Shown: positions 18,897-29,096, numbered from the stretch's first letter. The stretch: 64,000 nt of DNA from Candidatus Hydrogenedentota bacterium (GCA_963674865.2 CAXXYE010000008.1:512001-576000), one strand, 5' to 3'. Program-made: numbers and translations. Notes: a model not told the origin generated them from the letters alone.

Positions 18897-21800
18897 ATGC
18901 GTTGGCTGACGCCTTTTTTTGTAGTTTCAGCGGCCGTGGGGGCCGTCGCCGCCCCGCCCAGGGAGTTACCGGAGATAGCCGGTAACTTGGAGGGCACATG
19001 GCTCTTCCGCACGGACCCCACGGACATCGGCGAGCAGGAAAGCTGGTTCTCGGAATCGTGCGACCGCTCCGCGTGGCGCGAGTTGCAGGCGCCCGGCTAC
19101 TGGGAGCCGCAGGGCGTCAACGACCCGCGCCCGGGAGAAGAGCCTACGCCCAGAACGGAAGGGCTTCCCTGGACGGATTACGACGGCGTCGCCTGGTACG
19201 CCTCTTCCTTCGTCATCCCGTCATCATGGGCTAGGCAGGATCTGGACCTCTTTCTGGGGAGCGTGGATGACACCGACCGGACGTACTTCAACGGCTTGCT
19301 TGTGGGAGAAACGGGGCCTGAGATGGAGCGCGCCGTGCTTGTGAAGCGGCGCTATACCGTGCCCGCGGGCCTCGTGCGCCCGGGCAAGACGAACACGCTG
19401 GCCATCCGCGTGGAGGATGGCGGCGGGCCCGGCGGCCTGATGGGGCCGCTGCTCTCTCTGCTGCCACACAATAAGGTACTCAGTATGGCCAAGCTATCCC
19501 CGGCGAACCGGCCCCTTGCCGAACGTTTCAAGACCCCGCCCGGCGAGGCGCGCATCCTGAAGATCGTCCATAACGTGCCCGATGCTCCCGAGGAGCAGGA
19601 TGCGCTCCTTCAATCGCTCTTGGCGCAGGGATTCGGCGGCATCGTCACCAACGTGCCGTTCCAGGACTACTTGTCGAGCGAGGTGAAGTGGGCCGCCTTC
19701 ATCCGAACCGTGCAAGAGGCGAAAGAGGCGGGAATGGCGCTCTGGCTCTACGACGAACGCGGCTATCCCTCCGGCCTCGCGGGCGGCCAGGTCATGCAGG
19801 ACCACCCGGAATGGGAGGCCCGCGGGCTCCTGATCGCGGAGACGACGAGCCAGGGCGGCGAAGTAGCTCTCGATGTGCCGCCCGGAGAGCTGGTGTCCGC
19901 CGTGGCCATGCCCATGGCGGCGGGAACGCCCGCGCCTCGACAGGTGATGGATCTGTCCGCCCATGTCCATGACGGGACGTTGTCCTGGGACGCGCCTGAG
20001 GGAACCTGGCATGTCCTGGCCATCACGCAAGACCGGCTCTATGAGGGCACCCACGCGGCCGTCAGCCTGGCGGACAAGTTGCCCTACATCGACCTGATGC
20101 GGCCCGAGCCGACGGCGCGCTTCCTCGATGTCACGCACGACGCGTATGCGGCGCGATTGGGCGCGGACCTCGGCGCGTGGTTCACGGCGACCTTTACCGA
20201 CGAGCCCTCCCTGATGAGCCTGTTCATGCGCGGCCAGCCGTATAGCGTGTTGCCGTGGTCTTCCTGCTTCGCCGAGGAGTTCCGGGCGCGGCGGGGATAC
20301 GATATCGCGCCCTTGCTGCCGGCCATGCTCCTCGATGACGCGCCCGGCGGGATGGCCGTCCGCTACGACTTCTGGCGCACCGTCGGCGAACTGGTATCCG
20401 AGAACTACTTCGGCCAGATTCAGGCCTGGTGCGGCCGCCATAGCATCCGCTCCGGCGGCCATTTGCTGTGCGAGGAATCGCTCCTCGCGCACGTGCCCTT
20501 CTACGGCGACTTCATGCGCTGCGTGCGCAAGTTGGATGCGCCGAGTATGGACTGCCTGACGAGTATCCCCGAGCACGTGCCCTGGTACGTGGCGCGGCTG
20601 ATTGGCAGCGTGGCGGAACTGGAAGAGCGCCCGGTTACCATGTGCGAAACCTCGGATCACGTGCAGCGCTACCGGCCCCCGGGCGATGACAGGCCCGTCC
20701 GCCAAGTGTCCGAGGACGAGATCCGCGGCACGTGCAACCGCCTCATCGCCAACGGCATCACCACCATCACCAGCTATTACTCCTTCGACGGCCTGTCCAC
20801 GGAACAGCTTGTCCGACTGAACGAATGGATCGGGCGCTGCTCCACAATGCTGGCCGGGGGCCATCAAGTCGCCGATATTGCCCTCGTGTATCCCATCGAG
20901 AGTATGTGGACACGTTTCAAGCCATCGCGCCACTGGACGGATGATTGCCCGCAAGAGGCCAGACGCATCGAAAACATCTACCGAGGCGCCGGCGAAGACC
21001 TCTACGCCGCCTGCCGCGATTTCACGTACGTGGACGCGCAGGCCCTGGCGGAGGCAGAGGTCCAAGGCGACGCCCTCGTCCACGGCGCCCTGCGCTGGCG
21101 CGTAGTCATTCTGCCCTGCGTGGACACGCTTCCCATGGCGGCGTGGGACAAGCTCGTCAGTTTCTGGCGCTCCGGTGGCGTCATCGTGGCGCTGGGCGTA
21201 CTCCCGATGAATAGCGAGGACGCGTTCCCCTCGCCCCAGGTGAGGGCCATCGCCCGGGAGATATTCGTCACCTCGGATGCGCCCCACGTCCACACCAACG
21301 ACGCCGGCGGCGCCGGGATATTCTTCCCCTTCGGCTCCGAGGCCCTGTTGCCCGCCGTCATCCAATCGGTGCTCGATCCCGACGTGCGCGTCAGCGACGC
21401 CAACGGGCCGCTTCGCGCCACACATCGCCGTATCGACGGCCACGAAGTCTATTTCGTCATGAACGACGGCAGCGTGCCGTGGGAGGGCCGCATCGGCCTT
21501 GCCGCGACGGGGGACGGCGAGTGCTGGAATCCCGCCGACGGCGCGGTGTCGCAGGTGGATTCCGCGGGCGCTATCCCGCTGCGTCTCGAGCCTTACCGCG
21601 GCCTGTTCTTCCGCTTCCGCCAGGCCCGGCCGCCGCGCCGCCTGGAGGTGAAGGCCGGCGACTTCCCGGGACTCGAATTGAGCGCACCGCCGCACGATGA
21701 GCCGACCATGCTCCACGGGGAGTTTGTCCAGGCCACGCTGACGAGGGGCGAGCCATTCGCGCAGTGGCCCGGCCGGGAGGTCTGGCGGAGTGACGCCGTC

Positions 21801-22190
21801 ATCACCAAGAGCGACACGGACACCTTCCTGTTCGTTGCTTTCGACTATCCCGACGCCATCGACCTGCGCGATGCCGCCTGCATCGCCGTGGCCACCTCGG
21901 TGTCGGAGCCGCAGGACGCATCCACACCTGTGCGCGTGATCCTGCGCGACACCAGCGGCGTCGAATACATCGCCGGCACCGATCGGCCCCTCTCGACGCC
22001 CGGGTGTATGAGGTCCTTCATACCTATGAGCCGGTTCGAGCGGGCCGGATGGAAACAGGAAACGCAAGGCCCCATCGACCTCTCATCCATCGCCACGATC
22101 CGCGTCGGTTGGGGAGGCTACTATGGCGTCGAGCACGAGCACGTAACCTTTGCCCTCTCCTCGCCCGAAAGTGCGCACGCGGCGGAGTAG
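18897..22190 (+). CDS. Secreted glycoside hydrolase (GH106/alpha-L-rhamnosidase-like) with N-terminal GH2-type sugar-binding domain and C-terminal CBM-like domain
   Basis: 'YDGVAWY…LGSVDDTDRTYFNG', 'WLYDERGYPSG', 'FTDEPS' and 'ENYFGQIQAWC'. Signal peptide present. Confidence 0.78.
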   Translation: MRWLTPFFVVSAAVGAVAAPPRELPEIAGNLEGTWLFRTDPTDIGEQESWFSESCDRSAWRELQAPGYWEPQGVNDPRPGEEPTPRTEGLPWTDYDGVAWYASSFVIPSSWARQDLDLFLGSVDDTDRTYFNGLLVGETGPEMERAVLVKRRYTVPAGLVRPGKTNTLAIRVEDGGGPGGLMGPLLSLLPHNKVLSMAKLSPANRPLAERFKTPPGEARILKIVHNVPDAPEEQDALLQSLLAQGFGGIVTNVPFQDYLSSEVKWAAFIRTVQEAKEAGMALWLYDERGYPSGLAGGQVMQDHPEWEARGLLIAETTSQGGEVALDVPPGELVSAVAMPMAAGTPAPRQVMDLSAHVHDGTLSWDAPEGTWHVLAITQDRLYEGTHAAVSLADKLPYIDLMRPEPTARFLDVTHDAYAARLGADLGAWFTATFTDEPSLMSLFMRGQPYSVLPWSSCFAEEFRARRGYDIAPLLPAMLLDDAPGGMAVRYDFWRTVGELVSENYFGQIQAWCGRHSIRSGGHLLCEESLLAHVPFYGDFMRCVRKLDAPSMDCLTSIPEHVPWYVARLIGSVAELEERPVTMCETSDHVQRYRPPGDDRPVRQVSEDEIRGTCNRLIANGITTITSYYSFDGLSTEQLVRLNEWIGRCSTMLAGGHQVADIALVYPIESMWTRFKPSRHWTDDCPQEARRIENIYRGAGEDLYAACRDFTYVDAQALAEAEVQGDALVHGALRWRVVILPCVDTLPMAAWDKLVSFWRSGGVIVALGVLPMNSEDAFPSPQVRAIAREIFVTSDAPHVHTNDAGGAGIFFPFGSEALLPAVIQSVLDPDVRVSDANGPLRATHRRIDGHEVYFVMNDGSVPWEGRIGLAATGDGECWNPADGAVSQVDSAGAIPLRLEPYRGLFFRFRQARPPRRLEVKAGDFPGLELSAPPHDEPTMLHGEFVQATLTRGEPFAQWPGREVWRSDAVITKSDTDTFLFVAFDYPDAIDLRDAACIAVATSVSEPQDASTPVRVILRDTSGVEYIAGTDRPLSTPGCMRSFIPMSRFERAGWKQETQGPIDLSSIATIRVGWGGYYGVEHEHVTFALSSPESAHAAE

Positions 22191-22218
22191 ACAGATTCAG
22201 CACCGTACTTGATGGTTT

Positions 22219-22243
22219 GGGAGGGTCGAGCTCCTGCTCGACC
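22219..22243 (+). repeat. GGAG-type REP-like palindrome, copy 1
   Basis: GGGAG-GGTCGAGC-TCCT-GCTCGACC, a perfect 8-bp stem. Confidence 0.7.
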
Positions 22244-22349
22244 TTGGACGCGTGGGAATGCATCCCTCCCTTTGGCCAATTCACGGCCGGCGGCGTCTAG
22301 GGGTGCGGCAGGAAAGCCAATAATTGACGACGCTCATCTGTAGATGAAG

Positions 22350-22425
22350 AAGCGAGAAACGGGGACTGACGCAAGCGAAGTCCGCCTTAGGCGGACGAAG
22401 ACGTGTCTGTCCCTGCTTCTCGCTT
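22350..22425. repeat. Long imperfect inverted repeat (REP/MITE-like) with nested palindrome
   Basis: AAGCGAGAAACGGGGACTGACGC pairs with GTGTCTGTCCCTGCTTCTCGCTT. Inner palindrome GTCCGCC-TTA-GGCGGAC at 22380-22396. Confidence 0.6.
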
Positions 22426-22471
22426 GAGGGTAAACTCACAAACGGCAAGATACTCGGCCATGGGAGGCGAA

Positions 22472-25400
22472 ATGGCACCAGACGATTCAGCGCTCATCGA
22501 GCGATGGGTGCGCGATAGAGACGCGGATGCTTTTGCGGAGATCGCCACGCGCTATGCGGGCATGGTGTACGCCGCGTGCCGCCGGACGCTCGGTAACGCC
22601 TCCGAGGCCCAGGACGTGGCGCAGGAGTGCTTCCTGACGCTGGTTCAAACGCGTGTGCCGCCGCAAACCAACCTCGCGGCATGGCTGCACCGCGTGGCCG
22701 TCAACAAGGCGCGCGATCACATGAAACACGGCGCACGGCGGCGCGAGCGGGAGACGCGTTTCGCGCAAGGCCGGCCATCCACGACGGAGGTCGCCTGGAG
22801 CGATCTCGAAGGTTACATCGATGAGGCCATCGCGGAACTTCCCGACGAACTCCGCACACCCATCATCGCCCATTTCCTGGGGGGCGCGACGCACGCCGCC
22901 ATCGCTGAAACCTTGGGGATGTCTCGGCAGACGGTTACGTACCGCCTCGGTAAAGGCGTCGAACTGATCCGGGAATCGCTCCGGAGCCGTGGCGTCCAGG
23001 TTGCGGTAGCCGCGTTGACGACGCTCCTCGCGGCCAATGCGGCCGAGGCCGCGCCAGCGCCGCTGATCGGCGCCATCGGCAAGATGGCGGTGTCAGGCGT
23101 GCGCTCGGCGGTGACGGCAGGACAACCGGTTGGGACGCTTGCAGCGCTCCTTACAGCCAAGAGCGCTGCCGTGGGAGCGGCCATCCTGGTGGTTGCCGTC
23201 GTGGCGTTGATCGCCGTGCGCAAAACGTCCGAGGCGCCGCCGATTCCCTTGGCCGACGCCCCGCCCGTAAGCCAGGCGGTGGATGAGGCATCGACAGAGC
23301 GCGCTTCTCTGGATATTGACGACGGATCCGTCGAAGAGTCCTCGCGCCTTGCCGAAGGCGAAGACGGGGCGGCAGGGCCGTCGTCGGGAGAGCAGGATAA
23401 CTGGCGCGTACTGACGGGGGTGGTGGTCGACGCGTCTGGAAAGCCTATCGTGATCCCGCCTGACACGCAGGGCAATCCCGTCCCTTCGCGCGTGCACGTC
23501 GACTCCAGAGGAAGGAACAAGGGGCGGGGCTATTCGGTGGGCAGCATAACGCGCGGGGACGGCACGTTTGTGATCGACCGCTACGAACCGAACTCCAGCG
23601 GGGTGATATGGGCCTGCGAACAAGAGGCGAATCTTGCCAGCGAGTTCATGCCCTTCGCGCTGACGCCTGAAGGACCTCATCACGTGGTGCTCACCCTCAT
23701 GCCAGGCGCGCGCATCTCGGGCGCCTTTGTGGACGCAGATGGCCTGGCAATCCCGGATGCCGGTGTCTACGCGTCCTCCACGGACGATGCGCAGCGCCGA
23801 TTCAGCGGCGTTGTGGATCAACACGGGCGATTCGAGATCGGCCCGCTGCCGCCGGGAAGCTACATGGTGCGGCCGAGAGATACGCGCGAGGGCGGCATGC
23901 CGCCGGGATACGGGCCTGTGAGTGCGACGGTGGAGTTGCACAGGGGGCAGCATCTCGCGGGCGTGAGGCTCGTCTTTCCGAAGCACCAGGATGTCATTGC
24001 CGGGCGAGTCCTGGACGAGTCGGGCCGGCCCGTTGCCAACGCCGAGGTTTCGGCATCGGCCCAAGCCGGCCCGGGCCACAGCACCGCCTACTCCCTATGG
24101 CACGCATCAGCGGAGACGGCCGGCCGGGGAGCCTTCAAGATCCCCCTGTACGGGCCGGACGCATATAGACTCGACGTGATGGGCCTTTGCCCGGCACGCT
24201 CTGAGCTGCTCGTCGTCGAGGCGGGCGAGCGCGATGTCGAGATCGTGGTGAAGAACTTCGTGCGTCTGCGCGGGCGTGTCGTACATGCCGACAGCGGCGA
24301 GCCGATTGACGAGTTCACCGTATCGCTCACGCCCGCGGGCGCCGATTCGCCCCGGCGTTCCGGCACGTACGCGGACGAGGCCGGCGCGTTCGAGTTGGAC
24401 TACACCGGATCGGGGGACGTTGTGATCGCCGTGCAGGCGCCGGGCCTCGGCTCGACGGAGCAGCGCGTCCGATTGAGAGGCACAAGCGCGGATCTCACGT
24501 TCAGAATCGGCTCCTCCGAGGCTGTTCGCGGCCGGGTGGTGGATGCCAACGGCCGGGGCGTCGCTGGCGCCTACTTCGTTGAGTCCCGTCCGTTTGTCCC
24601 GGACGTGCGCTATGTCGAGCACGAGGCCTTGGGCAAGAGCGGGGACGACGGCGTATTCAGCCTGATGGGCCTGCGCCCTTCCGCGGAAGGCGTCTTCGTG
24701 CTGCACGAGCGCTTCCCCTTCGTTGAGGCCCGCGTCGAGCGCGGAGGCGAGTGGATTATCGTGCTCCCTGAGGGGGCCGCGGTTCAGGGGCGTGTGACTT
24801 TGGGCGGACGGCCTCAGAGTGAGCGGCACGTGACGCTCCACCTGAGCCTTGAAGATGGCGCCCGCGGCCACTTGCATCGCGATACCACCACCGATAGCGA
24901 TGGGCGGTACCGCTTCACGGGCCTTCCGGCGGGCGAGGCCAGTATTCAGGCCACGGCTACGTCGTCATCCGCCGAGTCGGCCCGCACAGGCGAGCGATGT
25001 GTCACGCTATCCGAAGAGCAGACGGCCGTCGTCGATTTCGAGTTTAAGGCGCCGAACGCCGCCTTGTCGGGGCGCGTACTGGTGGGCGGCGAGCCCGCGC
25101 GCGCCCAGGTGAACGTGACGTCGCCAAGTGAGGAGGGCGTCCCCGAAGGCCATCTCGTCAACACGGAATCGGACGGCGTGTTTCATTTCGACGGGCTTCT
25201 GGCCGGGCCGGCCGAGGTGCGGACAAGACTGAGCGGCGCCGTTCCGCGGGATAAGCGGCAGTACATCGAACTCCTCGCGGACAAGGTGACGGAGGCGGAT
25301 GTGCGGTTTGTTCCAGGCACGGCCGCAATGGAAGGCGCGGTCACGCCAAACACCCAGGACTCAGGCAAAGTCACACTGATCGCCGACATTGATACGAGCC

Positions 25401-25921
25401 TTGGGCGTGAGCACATCGACATGTCCGAGCTGCGCGTCACGGATGGTGTGTACTCCCTCGAGGGCCTGCCGGCAGGCCAGGCGGCGATACGCCTGGAGTG
25501 GCGGAGGAAGGACCACTCGCTGTTGGTGCGGATCTATGATGTGAGCCTGCTAGACAATGTCGCGGTGCGCCGGGACATCTCCTTCGAGGGCAGCACCCTC
25601 CATCTGAACGTCACGGGCGCCGCGCCCGACGAGCAGGTGTGGATCTGTGTCTATCCGGGAGATCAAACGCCGCCGGACTACCGAGCCATGACCATCAACG
25701 AGATGGAGCAATACATCGCCGAGCATCCGCCCATCGTCATGTCGGCCGGCGTCGCTGGAATCCTCGACGGCATCGAGGCCGGCGCCTGCACCGTCGTCGT
25801 CATCGCCCCCGGTTCACAGATTCGAGGTGAGGATCACGTGATCCCGGGACTGCGCTACGCCTGGCGCGTGGTCGAGGTTTCCGACGCGGGCGATACGAGC
25901 GTTGATCTGTCCCTGCGCTAG
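22472..25921 (+). CDS. ECF sigma factor with TM helix and large extracytoplasmic extension of carboxypeptidase-regulatory-like repeats
   Basis: Sigma2 region 'DADAFAEIATRY…AQDVAQECF…WLHRVAVN', sigma4 HTH, hydrophobic segment, repeated 'GRVLDESGRPVANA'-type units. GGGAGG RBS. Confidence 0.88.
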   Translation: MAPDDSALIERWVRDRDADAFAEIATRYAGMVYAACRRTLGNASEAQDVAQECFLTLVQTRVPPQTNLAAWLHRVAVNKARDHMKHGARRRERETRFAQGRPSTTEVAWSDLEGYIDEAIAELPDELRTPIIAHFLGGATHAAIAETLGMSRQTVTYRLGKGVELIRESLRSRGVQVAVAALTTLLAANAAEAAPAPLIGAIGKMAVSGVRSAVTAGQPVGTLAALLTAKSAAVGAAILVVAVVALIAVRKTSEAPPIPLADAPPVSQAVDEASTERASLDIDDGSVEESSRLAEGEDGAAGPSSGEQDNWRVLTGVVVDASGKPIVIPPDTQGNPVPSRVHVDSRGRNKGRGYSVGSITRGDGTFVIDRYEPNSSGVIWACEQEANLASEFMPFALTPEGPHHVVLTLMPGARISGAFVDADGLAIPDAGVYASSTDDAQRRFSGVVDQHGRFEIGPLPPGSYMVRPRDTREGGMPPGYGPVSATVELHRGQHLAGVRLVFPKHQDVIAGRVLDESGRPVANAEVSASAQAGPGHSTAYSLWHASAETAGRGAFKIPLYGPDAYRLDVMGLCPARSELLVVEAGERDVEIVVKNFVRLRGRVVHADSGEPIDEFTVSLTPAGADSPRRSGTYADEAGAFELDYTGSGDVVIAVQAPGLGSTEQRVRLRGTSADLTFRIGSSEAVRGRVVDANGRGVAGAYFVESRPFVPDVRYVEHEALGKSGDDGVFSLMGLRPSAEGVFVLHERFPFVEARVERGGEWIIVLPEGAAVQGRVTLGGRPQSERHVTLHLSLEDGARGHLHRDTTTDSDGRYRFTGLPAGEASIQATATSSSAESARTGERCVTLSEEQTAVVDFEFKAPNAALSGRVLVGGEPARAQVNVTSPSEEGVPEGHLVNTESDGVFHFDGLLAGPAEVRTRLSGAVPRDKRQYIELLADKVTEADVRFVPGTAAMEGAVTPNTQDSGKVTLIADIDTSLGREHIDMSELRVTDGVYSLEGLPAGQAAIRLEWRRKDHSLLVRIYDVSLLDNVAVRRDISFEGSTLHLNVTGAAPDEQVWICVYPGDQTPPDYRAMTINEMEQYIAEHPPIVMSAGVAGILDGIEAGACTVVVIAPGSQIRGEDHVIPGLRYAWRVVEVSDAGDTSVDLSLR

Positions 25922-25961
25922 GCGCATCGCTTCACAAGTCCGCTGACGCATTCGATGTCCC

Positions 25962-25986
25962 GGGAGGGTCGCGCTCCCGCGCGACC
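25962..25986 (+). repeat. GGAG-type REP-like palindrome, copy 2
   Basis: GGGAG-GGTCGCGC-TCCC-GCGCGACC. Shows a compensatory A-T to C-G change relative to copy 1. Confidence 0.7.
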
Positions 25987-26235
25987 GGTACCGCAGCGAA
26001 CCTGACGGTGTTTCCAGAAGCTACTACCAAGAAGGTGCATGAACAGCGTTTCTGCCTTCATCCTGGAAGCACGAGCTTGCCATGAGTTGCGTCCTGCTTC
26101 CTAAGGCGCATGGCCTGCTTGTTGGGCGATCACTCCCCGCCTCTCATTTTTACACGTTCCAGGCCGTCCTGACGTTATGTAGGATAGAATCGACGCAAGA
26201 CACGCAGAGCTTGGAACACAATCTGGGAGTATCCG

Positions 26236-26751
26236 GTGGAGATTGCCGAACAGGTATACGAAGAGCTAATCCATCCCATCGAGGATAGGATGATGGCGTG
26301 CGTAGCACGGATCGTCGGGGAGCGTGACGAGGTCGCCGACGTGTTTCAAGATGTGCTTGAGGTGATATGGCGGAAGCTGAAGCATATCCACCGGCACGCC
26401 AATCCCCACGCCTACATCATGCAGGTTTGTGTGAGTCGATCGTACGACGCGCTGCGAAGACGCGCACGACGCCGGGGGCGGGAAGTCCCGTTGGCCACGG
26501 ACACCGCCCAAAGTCCATCGCCAAATCCAAGGGGGCGTTTCGCGCTCAAGGAGCAGGAAGCAGCCGTGCGCAAGGCCATTGCTGAACTCCCTCGGAAGCA
26601 AGGATTGGCGGTGCTGCTGCATCTGGTCGAGGGGGAGCCGTACAAGGAAGTGGCGGGCATCCTCGGATGCAGCGTGTTCTCGGCGCGCTCGCATGTCTCG
26701 AAAGGAAAGGCGCGGTTACGCGTCCTGCTCGATATGAATGCACATCTATGA
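26236..26751 (+). CDS. ECF RNA polymerase sigma factor
   Basis: 'ADVFQDV' and 'AIAELPRKQ…YKEVAGILGCS…RSHVSKGKARLR'. GTG start with GGGAG RBS. Confidence 0.88.
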   Translation: MEIAEQVYEELIHPIEDRMMACVARIVGERDEVADVFQDVLEVIWRKLKHIHRHANPHAYIMQVCVSRSYDALRRRARRRGREVPLATDTAQSPSPNPRGRFALKEQEAAVRKAIAELPRKQGLAVLLHLVEGEPYKEVAGILGCSVFSARSHVSKGKARLRVLLDMNAHL

Positions 26752-26767
26752 GCCAGGGAGATACGGC

Positions 26768-28720
26768 ATGAAGAATGAACACCATGATTCGTGGCAACAC
26801 GAAGAGGTGGAACGAATGGTACGCGATGAATTCCAGAAAGAGGTTCCCGAGGAGGTCACGTCGCGTATGCGCGAAGCGCTCAAGGGATTCCGAATGGACC
26901 TCAGACACCACCCGCACGTCATGCGCCTCAACAGGCGGGGCATTTCGCCAGGGCGAACTTGGGGATTCCCGATCACGCCGCGTGCGGGACTCGCGGCTCT
27001 GGTGGCGCTGTTGGCGCTTGTATGGATTGCCCTGCTCCTCGCCGCAAGCGGCTCGCCGACGTGGGCCCAAGTGGAGGCGACGTTCGAATCAACCGGATCC
27101 TTTCAGGCAACAGTCTATTTCAAGGATGACGCGCTGGCACAACCGGTACAGTTCGAGTTGTGGAAGGGAGACGGCGGGCGAGGCCGAATGCGGGACGGCA
27201 ACCGGGTAGTCTTCGCCGAGAACGGCGCCGTCACCGATGAGTTCGATGTGCTAACGGGCGAGAAGCTCCGCGTTGAGCCGGCCCCCAACAGGCAGGCTAC
27301 GGCCATACTCGCGGCCATGACTTCGTCTGAGGAGTTCTCGCTCAACACCATCATCCAGTGGGCGGGCGGCGATCTCGCCGAAACCACGCCACGCGTCAAC
27401 TCGAGTGCTGCCATCTCGGAGGACTTGGCCGTCTTCGACATCCAATCCGCCCGAACGCCGGAATGGCTTCGGATCTGGACCTTGCGCAAGAGCGGACTGC
27501 CCATTCGCCTCCGTTCCCAAGACCCGCGGGACGGCGAGTGCCTGGAACTCCTGTTTTCGTATTCCGCGGAACAGCCGCCGGAATTCTTCGACCCCGAGGC
27601 ATATGAGCGATTCGTGACAGAGCATCCCCGTTCCGGTCGCTCGACAAGCGCGGACAATGGCTTGGCCTATGCGTTTCTGAGCGATCCGGGCGGCAAGCAG
27701 ATATCGATGTGGCCGCGCCCCGAGGCGAACGCCGCGGAGCTGTTCGCGTTCACCGCGCGCACGTTGGACGGCGAGGCATGGACGCTCGGCGATCAGCGAG
27801 GGAAGACCGTCCTGCTGGCGTTCTGGGGAACGAACTCCTGGGAGCGGCCCTACGAGCAGTGGCTCGACTGGCTCAAGGCGGCGCATGAATCTTACGGAGA
27901 ACGCGCGGATTTCGTGATGGTAGGCGTTGCCTTGGGCGATGATGTGAACGCATTGCGGGCGTTTGCCGATGAGAGCGCCATGGATTTTCCCAATCTCTAC
28001 GTGCCTGGAAGGCCATTCGACAACGCTCTGGTAAAGGCAATGGGCGTGCGCCGGTTGCCTTCCGTGTGGCTGATTCGGAAGGACGGATCCTTCGAGGAGG
28101 TTTGGGACTTCTCCAGTGGCCAACTCGAGGGGGCCGTACAGGACTTCTGCTATGCCGCCGCTACGGACCTGTACTTGCTTCTCTCAAAGAAACAGCGCGA
28201 GGGCGGACTGACGGAGGAGGATGCCCGCGAGATCCTCGGCGAGCCGGCATCGACGGAAGAAGGCGAGGGCGGAACGATCTACCGCTACCGCGCGCCCAAC
28301 GACGCCAACACCAGGGAAGCCTGGATAAGCCTGACCTTCGATGCAGAAGGAACACTGCGCGGTAGTGGTCAGGGCCGCAGCATCATCGACCCCGCCATTG
28401 TGAGCGTCACCATTGGAGAGCAGTTCTGGCGGGAGAGGGTGCTGGCGGAGATTGGCCCAAGCCTGTCGCCGGATGACAATGGCGACTGCATCCTCCAGAT
28501 CACTGCGCGCACCGGTAACACGATGATGCCTTTCTACGGCCCCCAAGGCGAGCAGGAGGCCGTGCCGGGCATACCGTACACCCGGCAGTTGGTGGCCGGC
28601 GTCTATCGGTTCACGGCCGGTGTATACAATACAAGAGAGCATCGCCTCGAACAGGAAGTTGTGCTCCGGGAGGGCATCAAATTGGAGAAGAACCAGAAGC
28701 TGGACATACACGTGGACTGA
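26768..28720 (+). CDS. Putative anti-sigma/sensor membrane protein with LolA-like, TlpA/redoxin-fold and SmpA/BamE-like regions
   Basis: Directly after the ECF gene, one TM helix. 'RTLDGEAWTLGDQRGKTVLLAFWGT' (redoxin fold, no CxxC) and 'GLTEEDAREILGEP'. Confidence 0.65.
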   Translation: MKNEHHDSWQHEEVERMVRDEFQKEVPEEVTSRMREALKGFRMDLRHHPHVMRLNRRGISPGRTWGFPITPRAGLAALVALLALVWIALLLAASGSPTWAQVEATFESTGSFQATVYFKDDALAQPVQFELWKGDGGRGRMRDGNRVVFAENGAVTDEFDVLTGEKLRVEPAPNRQATAILAAMTSSEEFSLNTIIQWAGGDLAETTPRVNSSAAISEDLAVFDIQSARTPEWLRIWTLRKSGLPIRLRSQDPRDGECLELLFSYSAEQPPEFFDPEAYERFVTEHPRSGRSTSADNGLAYAFLSDPGGKQISMWPRPEANAAELFAFTARTLDGEAWTLGDQRGKTVLLAFWGTNSWERPYEQWLDWLKAAHESYGERADFVMVGVALGDDVNALRAFADESAMDFPNLYVPGRPFDNALVKAMGVRRLPSVWLIRKDGSFEEVWDFSSGQLEGAVQDFCYAAATDLYLLLSKKQREGGLTEEDAREILGEPASTEEGEGGTIYRYRAPNDANTREAWISLTFDAEGTLRGSGQGRSIIDPAIVSVTIGEQFWRERVLAEIGPSLSPDDNGDCILQITARTGNTMMPFYGPQGEQEAVPGIPYTRQLVAGVYRFTAGVYNTREHRLEQEVVLREGIKLEKNQKLDIHVD

Positions 28721-28800
28721 CGGCCCCGATAAGGGTGCTTTGTGCGTGATTCGTGGTGTCTCTTGGACTCATCCGGCGGCCGCCTACGCCGAGCAGGGCG

Positions 28801-28829
28801 TTGACGTCTCCTGGGACAAAGTGTAGTAT
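28801..28829 (+). promoter_or_regulatory. Sigma70-type promoter in duplicated module, copy A
   Basis: TTGACG-N17-TAGTAT. Confidence 0.65.
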
Positions 28830-29047
28830 GGTTGCAGGCGAGCCCGCACGGGAAATCGGGGTGGAGACCACGGTAATTCTCTCTATACGTGCACTCTCAA
28901 TCGTGGTGGAAAAGGGACAAGGAGCTCTGTGGGCGACTATGTCTGCGGCGCGTGTTGCTTCAGGGGAACATACATCACCGATCCTGCTGACAAGGAGAAG
29001 AGTGGGAAGAGCGCAGGCGCTGCCCAGGGGAAGAAGGCGTAGTGACC

Positions 29048-29082
29048 GCCGAACCAGCGCCTCGACCTGTGCGGCGTCCGGC
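29048..29082 (+). other. Degenerate, internally deleted attC-like site
   Basis: GCCGAAC…GTCCGGC (complementary core ends, 1 mismatch), just after a stop codon and just before the next RBS. Confidence 0.4.
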
Positions 29083-29096
29083 CATGGAGGAAAGAG

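Noticed and set aside
18735..19027. Head-to-head overlap of the two large ORFs in the ORF track
   Set aside because: Signal peptides and RBSs place the real starts at 18688 (minus) and 18897 (plus), leaving an ordinary divergent spacer.
19494..22067. Long antisense or overlapping ORFs (e.g. 19494-22067 minus, 15140-16720 plus, 41482-42816 plus, 60791-62077 minus)
   Set aside because: They are shadows of recognisable genes in high-GC DNA and carry no family motifs.
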